Origin: Bacteroidota bacterium
Lineage (GTDB): Bacteria > Bacteroidota > Bacteroidia > JABEUT01
DNA: 64,000 nt
NCBI GenBank assembly: GCA_013285805.1
Contig: JABDGY010000001.1
Span: 3,212-67,211 of the forward strand
Reading direction: 5' to 3'
The notes beneath the pieces were generated by a model. It had not been told where the DNA came from and ran no database searches. It saw nothing but the letters and a program-made list of their open reading frames with translations. Below, one piece after another: positions 34,968 through 44,181 of the stretch (position 1 is the first letter of the stretch; each line of letters opens with the position of its first letter). The translations under genes and the position numbers were made by a program.

Positions 34968-37900
34968 ATGAAGCGATTCTTTAAAATATTACGCTATTTT
35001 ATACTTTCCCTGATTGTAATATTCGGGCTTATTTACATTTTCATATCTCCTATTGCCAAGTACATTATTCAGAAGAACAGTATGAAATGGCTGGGGCGGC
35101 AAATAACTATTGATGCATTAAAGGTAAATGCATTTAACGGCTCTGTATACATCAAGAACGTTCATATATCTGAAGCCGATACCACAAAGGTCTTCTTCGA
35201 ATGTCACGATGTATATGTGAAGATGCGGTTGATGAAATTGCTCGGCAAGGTTTTTGACATTGAAGAAGCCCGCCTTGACGAGCCTGAAATAACAGTGGTG
35301 CAGGATGGAAACAAATTCAATTTTGATGACTTGTCAAAACGCTTTGCCTCAAAACGTACTGAGGGCGACACTAACCTGAGGGAACCTGCCAGCCACTTTT
35401 ATATACACAATATTAAACTGGTGAATGGTAACATTACCTATAACAACAAGACGGTCAATAATGTCTTCCGCATACATAACATTAACTTTAATTGCCCGGA
35501 ATTTGCATGGAACACTGTAATGGCCAACCTGCACCTCGATTTTAAATATGGCATTGGCGGCGACTTTAACGTTGATGCCGGCATTAACCGCAAAACGCTT
35601 GAATATAATGTGGGGCTTTCGATAGACAAATATGATTTGAGCCAGTATTACGCTCCGCTTAATGCATATATGAAAATCTCTTCTATTGCGGGCTCGCTTA
35701 CCACTAAATTACGATTGCATGGGAAAATTAATAGCCCCAAAGAATTTGCCATGTGGGGTTATTTGCATATAAATGATGTTGATGTAAGGGATACTGCAAA
35801 AAAGAAACTCTTCGCAATGGGAGAACTGCTTATATCTGTCGACACTATAAATGTTAAACATGGCCAGTATATTTTCCACAATATTTTAATGGATAAGCCA
35901 TATATGGTATTTAATTATTACCAAAATGGCAGCAACCTTAGCCACCTGTTTAAACACCAGCAACCAAAAGAAGAAACAAAGGAAGAGGCAAAAGGAGAAC
36001 CGAAAGATACAGCTAAAGGCAAGAAAAAAGCTGACTACACCAATCTATTTACATTCATTTCATCGAACATTAAAAACATGGCTGCAGACTACCTCAACGC
36101 CAGTTACCATGCCGACAGCATAGCTATACGTAATGGAGAATTTATATTTAACGATAATACCGCCGACAATAAATTCCATTACACCGTTTCAAAAATAACC
36201 CTGGTAACTAATGAAGTTGGGGCAAAGAATAAAAGCGTGAACTTCACCGTATCTGCCAGCCTTAACGATACCGGGAAATTTAACCTGAATGCCGGTATAC
36301 ACTATGATTTCAGGAAGAAAAAACTTGATTATAAAATTACTACCCTGGGCATTTCGCACATCTCACCTATTGCGAAGTATATAATTGAAAAGTACGACAC
36401 GGCGTTGATTGGCCGCCAGGTAACCATTAGCCATATAAAGATTAATGCTATGAACGGAAGCGTAAATATTAAAGACATAAAAGTGTATGAAGCCCATAGC
36501 GATAGTGTATTTTTCGCTTGTCACGATTTTTACGTGAAACTGAACCTCGATAAATTGTTTACAGGGGTTTATGGCATTGACACAATTTTAATTGACCAGC
36601 CCCAGATAAGAATAACTCAAAATGGCAATACGTTCAATTTCGATGATTTAAAGAAACGCTTCTCTTCTAGAGACACAACCAAAAAGCAAGATACTAATGC
36701 GGCCCCCATACAATATTCCATACAAAACGTAATTATAAATAACGGTAACATTACGTATACCAATGTACCCATTCACAATGTAGCCAGCATTCATAATATT
36801 AACTTTAAACTGCCCGATATAAGCTGGAATAAACCGCAAAGCCAATTGCACCTTGATTTTAAATATGGCAAAGGCGGTACTTTTAATATAGATTTAGATG
36901 CCAACCTGAAAACATTAGACTATCATGTAGCCCTTAATATTGTTGATTACGACCTGAGCCAGTATTATGCCCCGCTTACAAAATTCATAAGCATGTCGTC
37001 GCTTCAAGGGGTGCTTAACACAAACCTGAATATATATGGTAACTTCAATAACCCTAAAGATATTTCATCGGTGGGTTTTATACGTGTAACCGATTTTGAA
37101 GTGAGAGATACAGCTAACAGCAAGGTTTTTGCAATGGGCAAGCTGCTTATTGATATTGACACCATTAACGTAAAACATAACCTGTATAGCATTAATAATA
37201 TTCTACTGGACAAGCCATTTATACGGTTCGATTATTATACTAATGGCAACAATATAAGCCAGATGATAAAATACACCTCCGCTCCCGGGCCTGTAACAGA
37301 TACTGCCGGGCAGGTTAAGGCCGATTTCTCTAACATCTTTACATTGTTATCATCAAGTATAAAATTAATGGCTGTCGACTTTTTTAACACCAATTACCAT
37401 ACCGACAGTATTACGATACATCACGGGCAGTTATTATATAACGACTACACCCTTAATACCCCCTTTCATTACAATATTTCAAACATTAACCTTGCGACCG
37501 ACGAAATTAGCGCAAAGAGTAAAAACATAGTGTTTAAAGCAAAAGCCAGGTTAAATGATACAGGAAGGTTCACTATGACTGCAGACATAAGCCTCGACCT
37601 TAAGAACATGCTTTTTACGTATAATGTTACTAACCTTCGCATAGCTGACCTTAATCCGTATATGGAATATTATATGGCTACGCCTTTCCTTGGCGGGTAT
37701 GTAAATTACCAGAGTACCGATTCAATTATTAACCGCTACCTGAAAAGCACCAACCTAATTCATATAGAAGGCCTTGAAGTTGGCAAAAAGACTGATGATA
37801 AACCGGTGTACAATGTACCGGTACGTACCGCAGTGGCGCTGTTAAAAGATGAAAAAGGCAACATAGACATTAATTTGCCGGCCAACGGAAACCTTGATGA

Positions 37901-38567
37901 CCCGAATTATAAAGTGGGTAAAATAGTATGGCCCATGATTAGCGACCTGTTGAAAAAATCAGTGGAATCGCCATTTAAACTGCTGGCAAAGACCTTTAAA
38001 AAGGACCCAGAGGCGCTGAAGGAATTAAACTTTGACTACATGCAGGAAGAACTTGCGGAAAAAGAAGTCCGCAAACTGGATGATATTTATACTGTCCTTA
38101 AAAAGAAGAAAGAACTTAACGTGGAAATTATACAGGTAATTGATAGCATGGAAGAAAAGGCTGAACTGGCGCTATCGCTGGCAAAGAAACAATATTTTGA
38201 TGAAACCAAACGCACGGTAAGCGACAGTTTGCTGAGCAGGCATAAGAAGAAGAAAGAAGGTGTTACCATTGACAGAATTGCTACACACGACACTCTTTTC
38301 GATAAATACCTTGATGACAAACTGCACCTTACCGGTAATGAACTGATTACAATAGAAGCTAAATGTATTCAGCTGGTGGGCGACGACTTACTGAACAAGC
38401 AAATACACCAACTGATTGAAAGCCGCAACAAACAAGTAACCGAATTCCTTATCAATAAAAAATCGCTATCGCCTGAACGGGTTAAAGTAGTTGTGAATAA
38501 AGATTCATTATTCCTCGCTAACTTCCCCGAGCCTGTATTTTATATAAAATACAGTGCGCAAGAATAA
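34968..38567 (+). CDS. DUF748/AsmA-like large membrane-anchored protein with an internal ~439-aa duplication
   Basis: An N-terminal TM anchor. The blocks starting ISPIAKYIIQKNS... (about 35044) and ISPIAKYIIEKYD... (about 36361) are collinear. Confidence 0.75.
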   Translation: MKRFFKILRYFILSLIVIFGLIYIFISPIAKYIIQKNSMKWLGRQITIDALKVNAFNGSVYIKNVHISEADTTKVFFECHDVYVKMRLMKLLGKVFDIEEARLDEPEITVVQDGNKFNFDDLSKRFASKRTEGDTNLREPASHFYIHNIKLVNGNITYNNKTVNNVFRIHNINFNCPEFAWNTVMANLHLDFKYGIGGDFNVDAGINRKTLEYNVGLSIDKYDLSQYYAPLNAYMKISSIAGSLTTKLRLHGKINSPKEFAMWGYLHINDVDVRDTAKKKLFAMGELLISVDTINVKHGQYIFHNILMDKPYMVFNYYQNGSNLSHLFKHQQPKEETKEEAKGEPKDTAKGKKKADYTNLFTFISSNIKNMAADYLNASYHADSIAIRNGEFIFNDNTADNKFHYTVSKITLVTNEVGAKNKSVNFTVSASLNDTGKFNLNAGIHYDFRKKKLDYKITTLGISHISPIAKYIIEKYDTALIGRQVTISHIKINAMNGSVNIKDIKVYEAHSDSVFFACHDFYVKLNLDKLFTGVYGIDTILIDQPQIRITQNGNTFNFDDLKKRFSSRDTTKKQDTNAAPIQYSIQNVIINNGNITYTNVPIHNVASIHNINFKLPDISWNKPQSQLHLDFKYGKGGTFNIDLDANLKTLDYHVALNIVDYDLSQYYAPLTKFISMSSLQGVLNTNLNIYGNFNNPKDISSVGFIRVTDFEVRDTANSKVFAMGKLLIDIDTINVKHNLYSINNILLDKPFIRFDYYTNGNNISQMIKYTSAPGPVTDTAGQVKADFSNIFTLLSSSIKLMAVDFFNTNYHTDSITIHHGQLLYNDYTLNTPFHYNISNINLATDEISAKSKNIVFKAKARLNDTGRFTMTADISLDLKNMLFTYNVTNLRIADLNPYMEYYMATPFLGGYVNYQSTDSIINRYLKSTNLIHIEGLEVGKKTDDKPVYNVPVRTAVALLKDEKGNIDINLPANGNLDDPNYKVGKIVWPMISDLLKKSVESPFKLLAKTFKKDPEALKELNFDYMQEELAEKEVRKLDDIYTVLKKKKELNVEIIQVIDSMEEKAELALSLAKKQYFDETKRTVSDSLLSRHKKKKEGVTIDRIATHDTLFDKYLDDKLHLTGNELITIEAKCIQLVGDDLLNKQIHQLIESRNKQVTEFLINKKSLSPERVKVVVNKDSLFLANFPEPVFYIKYSAQE

Positions 38568-38659
38568 ATTAATTATCACCCGGAACCATTATCAATGCTC
38601 AATATACAGAGAAAATAAAAATATTTTCATTAAAAGTCTACCAAGTTAGTAGATTTTTA

Positions 38660-38667
38660 TATATTTG
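38660..38667 (+). promoter_or_regulatory. -7 box candidate TATATTTG
   Basis: Matches TAnnTTTG 22 nt upstream of the sORF ATG (38689). No convincing -33 TTTG was seen. Confidence 0.3.
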
Positions 38668-38688
38668 CCCCCGTTTTGAAGAAATAAA

Positions 38689-38769
38689 ATGAATAAACAG
38701 CAACACATAAGTCCCTATTTTAAGCTCCGGATAATGGCTTGCTGCTGTTGTATGCGCCCAAGCGCATAA
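38689..38769 (+). CDS. candidate 26-codon leader ORF MNKQQHISPYFKLRIMACCCCMRPSA
   Basis: It runs from an ATG to TAA and contains four consecutive Cys codons at 38740-38751. It overlaps alternative hairpins. It is below the ORF-track size cut-off, and coding status is unproven. Confidence 0.3.
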   Translation: MNKQQHISPYFKLRIMACCCCMRPSA

Positions 38770-38846
38770 TATTATCTTTGGGCGCTCTTTAGCCCCACCA
38801 TTACCCCAACAAACTTATTGACCTGAAAAACTATTTAAACTATTAT

Positions 38847-40118
38847 ATGAAAACACAATTATTATCAGTAATTACTTTTACAACAACTACATTATTCATT
38901 AACTCGGTTAAGGCGCAATCATCAGCCCAGTCGGTTGCAGGCGGCCATTTATGGGGCTCTGTTTTTGGCGACTATGCCTATGTGGCCCATGGCGACTCAG
39001 CAGGACGCGGCAACGGAAACGTACAATACAAAGGATTGGGTTCAGCTACAAGCGGCACCTCAAACCCCAATGCTTTTGAAATACGCAGAGCATATCTTGC
39101 CTATGATTATGTGATAAACCCAAAGTTTACAGTCAATGTACTACTCAACTACGATGGTAATACAGATGCCAATGGCAATAGAACCTTCTTTTTAAAGGTA
39201 GCATCATTCACCTGGAAGAACATCTTTCCGAAAAGCGACCTGGGAATTGGCCAGCAACTTACCAATTCATATACTGATAGCCCATACCAGACGGAACAAC
39301 TCTTTGGGTATCGTTCTATTGAACGTAGCTTGCTCGACATGCGCAAGGTTGACGGCGCTGCAGACATGGGCGCTAAGCTTACCGGAAGGATTTGGACCGC
39401 TAAACCTGCCGATACAGGCAAAACTCATACGTTTATAGGGTATAGCATAATGATTGGCAATAATTCCGGGTATGCACCTGTTCCCGGTTTTTCAGCTACA
39501 ACCCAGCCCTTCAATACTACAACCGACAAGGATAAGAAATTCAGGGGGAATGTATACTTGAATACACTCAATGGTAAATTAACCCTTGGCGCGTATGCCG
39601 ACTTTATAAATTATGGCAACGCGGCTTATACCCATACGGGCATTTATCCTAATTCGGTGTCAACTATAAAAGGCTATGCTGTTTACAAACAAAAGCACTT
39701 TGAAATTGGCGTAGAAGGGTTTCAACAATCGGGAACAAATGACGAGTTTATTGTTTACAAGAAAGGAACCGGCACAAACGACACTACTACGGCTACACAA
39801 GCAGGGTACTCACTATTTGCCTACCTGAATATTTTACCCAATAAACTTAATATTTTCGGCAGGTACGATTACTATACACCCGATACCAAAATAACCAATA
39901 ATACCAACATTACATATACCGACAAGCTAATACCCGCTAATACTTATACCGAGACATTTATATCAGGTGGCCTTGACTGGACCCCTGTGGATGACAAGAA
40001 GGTACACTTTATGCCCAATATATGGTACGATGGAATTAACGGTATAAGTGGTTCCGATAATTTGAAAAGCAGTTATTACCTTGTTTACAGGATAACGTTC
40101 TTCTATATATTTAAATAA
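38847..40118 (+). CDS. outer-membrane porin, phosphate-selective porin O/P-like
   Basis: Signal peptide ...SVKAQ. The motif FEIRRAYLAYDY is like the OprO/P family F.lRRaRl, and the sequence shows an alternating beta-strand pattern throughout. Confidence 0.6.
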   Translation: MKTQLLSVITFTTTTLFINSVKAQSSAQSVAGGHLWGSVFGDYAYVAHGDSAGRGNGNVQYKGLGSATSGTSNPNAFEIRRAYLAYDYVINPKFTVNVLLNYDGNTDANGNRTFFLKVASFTWKNIFPKSDLGIGQQLTNSYTDSPYQTEQLFGYRSIERSLLDMRKVDGAADMGAKLTGRIWTAKPADTGKTHTFIGYSIMIGNNSGYAPVPGFSATTQPFNTTTDKDKKFRGNVYLNTLNGKLTLGAYADFINYGNAAYTHTGIYPNSVSTIKGYAVYKQKHFEIGVEGFQQSGTNDEFIVYKKGTGTNDTTTATQAGYSLFAYLNILPNKLNIFGRYDYYTPDTKITNNTNITYTDKLIPANTYTETFISGGLDWTPVDDKKVHFMPNIWYDGINGISGSDNLKSSYYLVYRITFFYIFK

Positions 40119-40137
40119 CTACCAAGGGGGCTCTTCA

Positions 40138-40794
40138 TCATATACCAACCACTATAACATAGTCGATAAGTACTACCAGGCCTATTACGTTTATTAGAAA
40201 GCCAATGAATGTGAGAAATGATGAGCTCCCTCTTTTTAGCCCTATAACACTTAACACCATACCAAGAACTATGCATGCAGCACCGGCTCCAAAACTTACG
40301 CCTAATAAAGCCATACCTCCAATGCCTGCAAGTATGCTGACTATAGCCAATTCTATGTTTATTTTCCTGTCGCGGCGTTCATTCTCTTCCCAATCGTGGT
40401 CGCCTTTGGAATTATCTTTTACAAAATTAGTTTGCGGGGCTACCACTTGCTGCAGGGTTTTAACAGATGCATGCGTTGGCGCATCAGCCAACGTTGAAGG
40501 TTGTCTGTTTATTTGAACAGGACGAAGAACTTCAACAGGCTTAACAGCAATCTCTTTTCTTTCATCTGCAATAACATTTGACTTGCTTACACTACCCGAT
40601 GCAATACTATTATAGTGCCTGGCCTCTGCTACTGCTCTGTTCACTTTACAATGTGCAAAATTGAAATAGTATCCTGTTTTATATTTCCTTTTCCCAAAAG
40701 AAGAGGCAAGCTTGCCCCCTGTACTACAGGAACAAAGTAACGCAGAGATAAACAAAAAGAAAATAAAATAAGTAGCAGTATAGACCTTCCTCAT
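40138..40794 (-). CDS. hypothetical membrane lipoprotein
   Basis: Lipobox ISALLCSCSTGG. There are two C-terminal TM helices rich in Gly, Ile and Val. Confidence 0.5.
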   Translation of the reverse strand: MRKVYTATYFIFFLFISALLCSCSTGGKLASSFGKRKYKTGYYFNFAHCKVNRAVAEARHYNSIASGSVSKSNVIADERKEIAVKPVEVLRPVQINRQPSTLADAPTHASVKTLQQVVAPQTNFVKDNSKGDHDWEENERRDRKINIELAIVSILAGIGGMALLGVSFGAGAACIVLGMVLSVIGLKRGSSSFLTFIGFLINVIGLVVLIDYVIVVGI

Positions 40795-40853
40795 GTACTA
40801 AGCACATTTACATAACTAAGATACATCTTTTTTCCCATCACTATGCTTTAAAT

Positions 40854-40885
40854 AAAAAAGCCCCCCGGGTGCCGGGAGGCTTTTT
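40854..40885 (-). terminator. rho-independent terminator after the LamG gene
   Basis: The minus strand reads GCCTCCCGG-CAC-CCGGGGGGC followed by TTTTTTATTT. It is of the same type as the terminators at 26191 and 29140. Confidence 0.7.
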
Positions 40886-40901
40886 ACAAATTATCCTTCG
40901 C

Positions 40902-43900
40902 TTACTGCTTAATAAACCTTACTACTTCCGTAGTCTTGTCAGTAGCAATTTTAACAAAATAAGTTCCATTGGCAAGTGTATTTATATCTAATGGCATGCT
41001 CTCACCATTGCTTATAGAAGTGTTCATGGTCATCACTTCCCTACCGGCTTCATCAAATACATTAATAACAGCAGGCACATTGCTTCCATTCAATTTAAAG
41101 CTCAGACTTATCGATTGCGTAGCAGGATTTGGATATAAAGACGCGGACGCGCCATTTATAATATTAGGTACACTAAGCGGGCTTACCGTTACAGTAAAAC
41201 TGGCAGTATCAATACAACCGTTAGCATCGGTACCGGTAACGGTATAAGTCATATTACCAAGCGGTGCTACAATGGTAGTATCTGAAGTACTACCGGTCGT
41301 CCACACGTACGAAACAGCTCCGCTGGCTGTTAACGTATCATTAGTCCCCATAGTTATATTAGTGGTACCACTTACTGTTATTGCAGGTAACGGGTTAACG
41401 GTAACATTAATTCCTGAAACAGTATCCATACACCCATTGTTGTCTGTAACAACCACACTGTAGGTAGAATTTGTTAAAGGCATTACAAGCGCTGTATCAT
41501 TTATACTTGCATTGCTCCAGTTATATGAGAAGGGGCCATTTCCGCTTGCATTCGCCATAAGGCTGTCTGTCATACCGGCACAAATTGTAAAATTGCCTAT
41601 TGCATTACCCGTTACAGCTACCGAAGGTGGCAAGTTTTCCGTTACAGTAACACCGGCTGATGTGCCTATTCCAAGACAGCCATCAGGGCTTGTAACGGTT
41701 ACTGAATCGTTTACAGAACCATATACTATAACCGACTGCGTAGTTTGCCCTGTTGCCCAAAGGTAAGAAGTGCCTGAATCAGCCGTAAGTATTACTGAGT
41801 CGCCCTGGCAGAATGTAGTAACTCCACTTGCCGTAACGTTAGGCATAACCACTATGGTAGCTGCACCATAACCTGATAATGCAGCAGGATCAGCCATAAA
41901 GTTTGTTGCAAAACCGGTAAGGGCAAAATTGTTCAACGTAAGATCATAACCATTGCCTGAACTGTCGGCCAGTATTGTTATTGCTGTATTATCACCTCCA
42001 TTGTTACCCTGGTTGAAATGATAAACAGCCAGCAATCCTGGAGTAGAAGCGCTTACCTCTAAGGTATCGCGGTAATTTATTTCAGTTTCACAAAGTGCGC
42101 GGCTCCAGAAACGAACTTCGTCAATGCTTCCGTAAAAATTCTCGGTTCCTGCCTGGTCAGAACCTATAGCAAATGCTCCCGCTACCGGGTTAGGAGCAGC
42201 AGTATTGGATGTCAGGATATAAGGAGCTCCATCGAGATAAAGCATCCATGTACCATTGCTGCAAACCACTGAAACAGTTTGCCACATTCCCGGTGTCAAT
42301 GCTGCGCTTGACTGCATTACAGTTACACTGCCAAGAACAACTGAGAGCTGGTAACTATTAGAAGCATCTATGAATACGGCATACCCGTTTGTACCTGTAT
42401 TACCGTTAGTAACTATCATTTCATTATTAGAATAGGCAGGGCCGTTCCAGTATACACGTGCTTCAAATGTAATGTTATTGGTAAGCGTTGAGAATACCGG
42501 GCTTGATGCATAACTGCTAACACCATCGAAACTAAGCACATTGGCTTGTGCACATGCTTCATTTATTGGTGCGCCTTGTACAAAATTGCTGGTATCGCTC
42601 CACATGGTGAAATTATATGCGGTAGCATTGTTTCCGTTACCGCTTGAATCAGGGATAACAGTTGTACCCTCATTATCACCATAAGCTGTGCCATTATTAA
42701 ATGTATAGTAAGCTACTAAACCACTTGAAGGTAAACATACCGCATTGTCCATTGTACTTGCAACAGCTTCAGGGCTAAGAGCGTAATTCCATATTTTCAC
42801 CTCGTCAATAATACAGTTTCCGTTGTTAGTAGAATCATTATATGCACCTATACGTACCATATTTCCGTTAGTATAGGCCGCTAATCCTGAAGCCTGGGAC
42901 ACCATTACTCCATTTTTATAAAGGGTCATTACCTGGCTGGTTGCATCGTAGGTTACTGCCACATGATACCATACACCCAAGCTAAGTGGGTTGGGATCCT
43001 GAACCGCATTCCAATTACCATTATGTCCGGCCTCTAAAGTTAGACCCGGAGCGCCAAGCGCATGCTGTCCGTCCGCGTCGCCACCTGAAACAAAGTTGTT
43101 AAATGAGCCATTATCCGATACCATATATATCCATGCTTCTTTGGTGTACGAAGGGGTCAATATGTTTCCTGCAACTACATAATCTTTATTATTCACACCA
43201 TCGAACTGCAGGGCAGTGTTGCCAATGCCCGTAGGGCATATATTCACAATCGGGGCGCCGGTTTCAAAATTTGAAGTGCTTCCGGTAAGCGAAAAATTAT
43301 TTAATATGCCGAAGTTGCCATTACCCGATAAATCGGTAACCGAAGTAATGCCGGTATTATTACCTCCTGCAATACCCTGGTCCATGTTATAATACAGCGC
43401 AAGGCCTGTTGCTGGTGCACAAACGCCATGTGCCATGTTATCCCTTATCTTCGCTTGCGAAAGCGCAACACTCCATATACTAACTTCATCGAGTGAGCCG
43501 TCGAAATATTCGCTGCCACCCGGCCATGTGAGACCAACGGCAAAATTGCTTGCTGCGGGTATATTATCCGAGCCGGGGTTATCGCTACCAATAATATTTC
43601 CATCTAAATACATTGTACGTGTTGTGCCATCCCAGGTAACAGCCACATTATGCCATGCACCCGAAATATCTCCTGTGGTAACAATAAGGTCATTGCCCCA
43701 CCAATAGTTAATTATCTGGCCACCACCGCTAGGGTCAAGGCGTAACGCGTTTACCTGGCCGTTTGTTCCATAGTTACCCCAGCCCGCAATACCATATACT
43801 CCCATTGAATTGGCATAGAACCATGATTGGATGGTGTATGGGGAATTACCGATTGGAATATTTGCAGGTGATGTAACGCTCAAATAATTACTTGAAGCAA

Positions 43901-44006
43901 TTGCAAAGTTTAACGAGTTGTTTAGCGGGCTTGCATTTACGGACACTATGCCGGCTGCAAAAACAGACAGCAAAATCGTTTTAATTGAAAAAGTAATTTT
44001 CTTCAT
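40902..44006 (-). CDS. T9SS-secreted protein with four LamG (Laminin_G_3) jelly-roll domains, Ig-like modules and a type A C-terminal sorting domain
   Basis: Recurrent LamG signatures are present (FDGSLDEVSIWSVALS, IIDEVKIWNYALS, GSIDEVRFWSRAL). The C-terminus is LYPNPATQSISLSF...VRFIKQ. Confidence 0.8.
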   Translation of the reverse strand: MKKITFSIKTILLSVFAAGIVSVNASPLNNSLNFAIASSNYLSVTSPANIPIGNSPYTIQSWFYANSMGVYGIAGWGNYGTNGQVNALRLDPSGGGQIINYWWGNDLIVTTGDISGAWHNVAVTWDGTTRTMYLDGNIIGSDNPGSDNIPAASNFAVGLTWPGGSEYFDGSLDEVSIWSVALSQAKIRDNMAHGVCAPATGLALYYNMDQGIAGGNNTGITSVTDLSGNGNFGILNNFSLTGSTSNFETGAPIVNICPTGIGNTALQFDGVNNKDYVVAGNILTPSYTKEAWIYMVSDNGSFNNFVSGGDADGQHALGAPGLTLEAGHNGNWNAVQDPNPLSLGVWYHVAVTYDATSQVMTLYKNGVMVSQASGLAAYTNGNMVRIGAYNDSTNNGNCIIDEVKIWNYALSPEAVASTMDNAVCLPSSGLVAYYTFNNGTAYGDNEGTTVIPDSSGNGNNATAYNFTMWSDTSNFVQGAPINEACAQANVLSFDGVSSYASSPVFSTLTNNITFEARVYWNGPAYSNNEMIVTNGNTGTNGYAVFIDASNSYQLSVVLGSVTVMQSSAALTPGMWQTVSVVCSNGTWMLYLDGAPYILTSNTAAPNPVAGAFAIGSDQAGTENFYGSIDEVRFWSRALCETEINYRDTLEVSASTPGLLAVYHFNQGNNGGDNTAITILADSSGNGYDLTLNNFALTGFATNFMADPAALSGYGAATIVVMPNVTASGVTTFCQGDSVILTADSGTSYLWATGQTTQSVIVYGSVNDSVTVTSPDGCLGIGTSAGVTVTENLPPSVAVTGNAIGNFTICAGMTDSLMANASGNGPFSYNWSNASINDTALVMPLTNSTYSVVVTDNNGCMDTVSGINVTVNPLPAITVSGTTNITMGTNDTLTASGAVSYVWTTGSTSDTTIVAPLGNMTYTVTGTDANGCIDTASFTVTVSPLSVPNIINGASASLYPNPATQSISLSFKLNGSNVPAVINVFDEAGREVMTMNTSISNGESMPLDINTLANGTYFVKIATDKTTEVVRFIKQ

Positions 44007-44125
44007 GGTTTTAATATTTTGCCCGAAATTAATACAATTTCATTAGTCAATCATTACCTAATTTTAAGCAATAGTTAATAATTCAAAATAGGATGACCGT
44101 AAGGCTTTAATATAAATAAGTGCAT

Positions 44126-44151
44126 AAAAAAAACCTGGCGCTTAGGCCAGG
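44126..44151 (-). terminator. rho-independent terminator after nrdJ
   Basis: The minus strand reads CCTGGC-CTAAGC-GCCAGG followed by TTTTTTTT. Confidence 0.65.
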
Positions 44152-44181
44152 GTTTCCCTTTATAAATCCATCATAGCTAAA

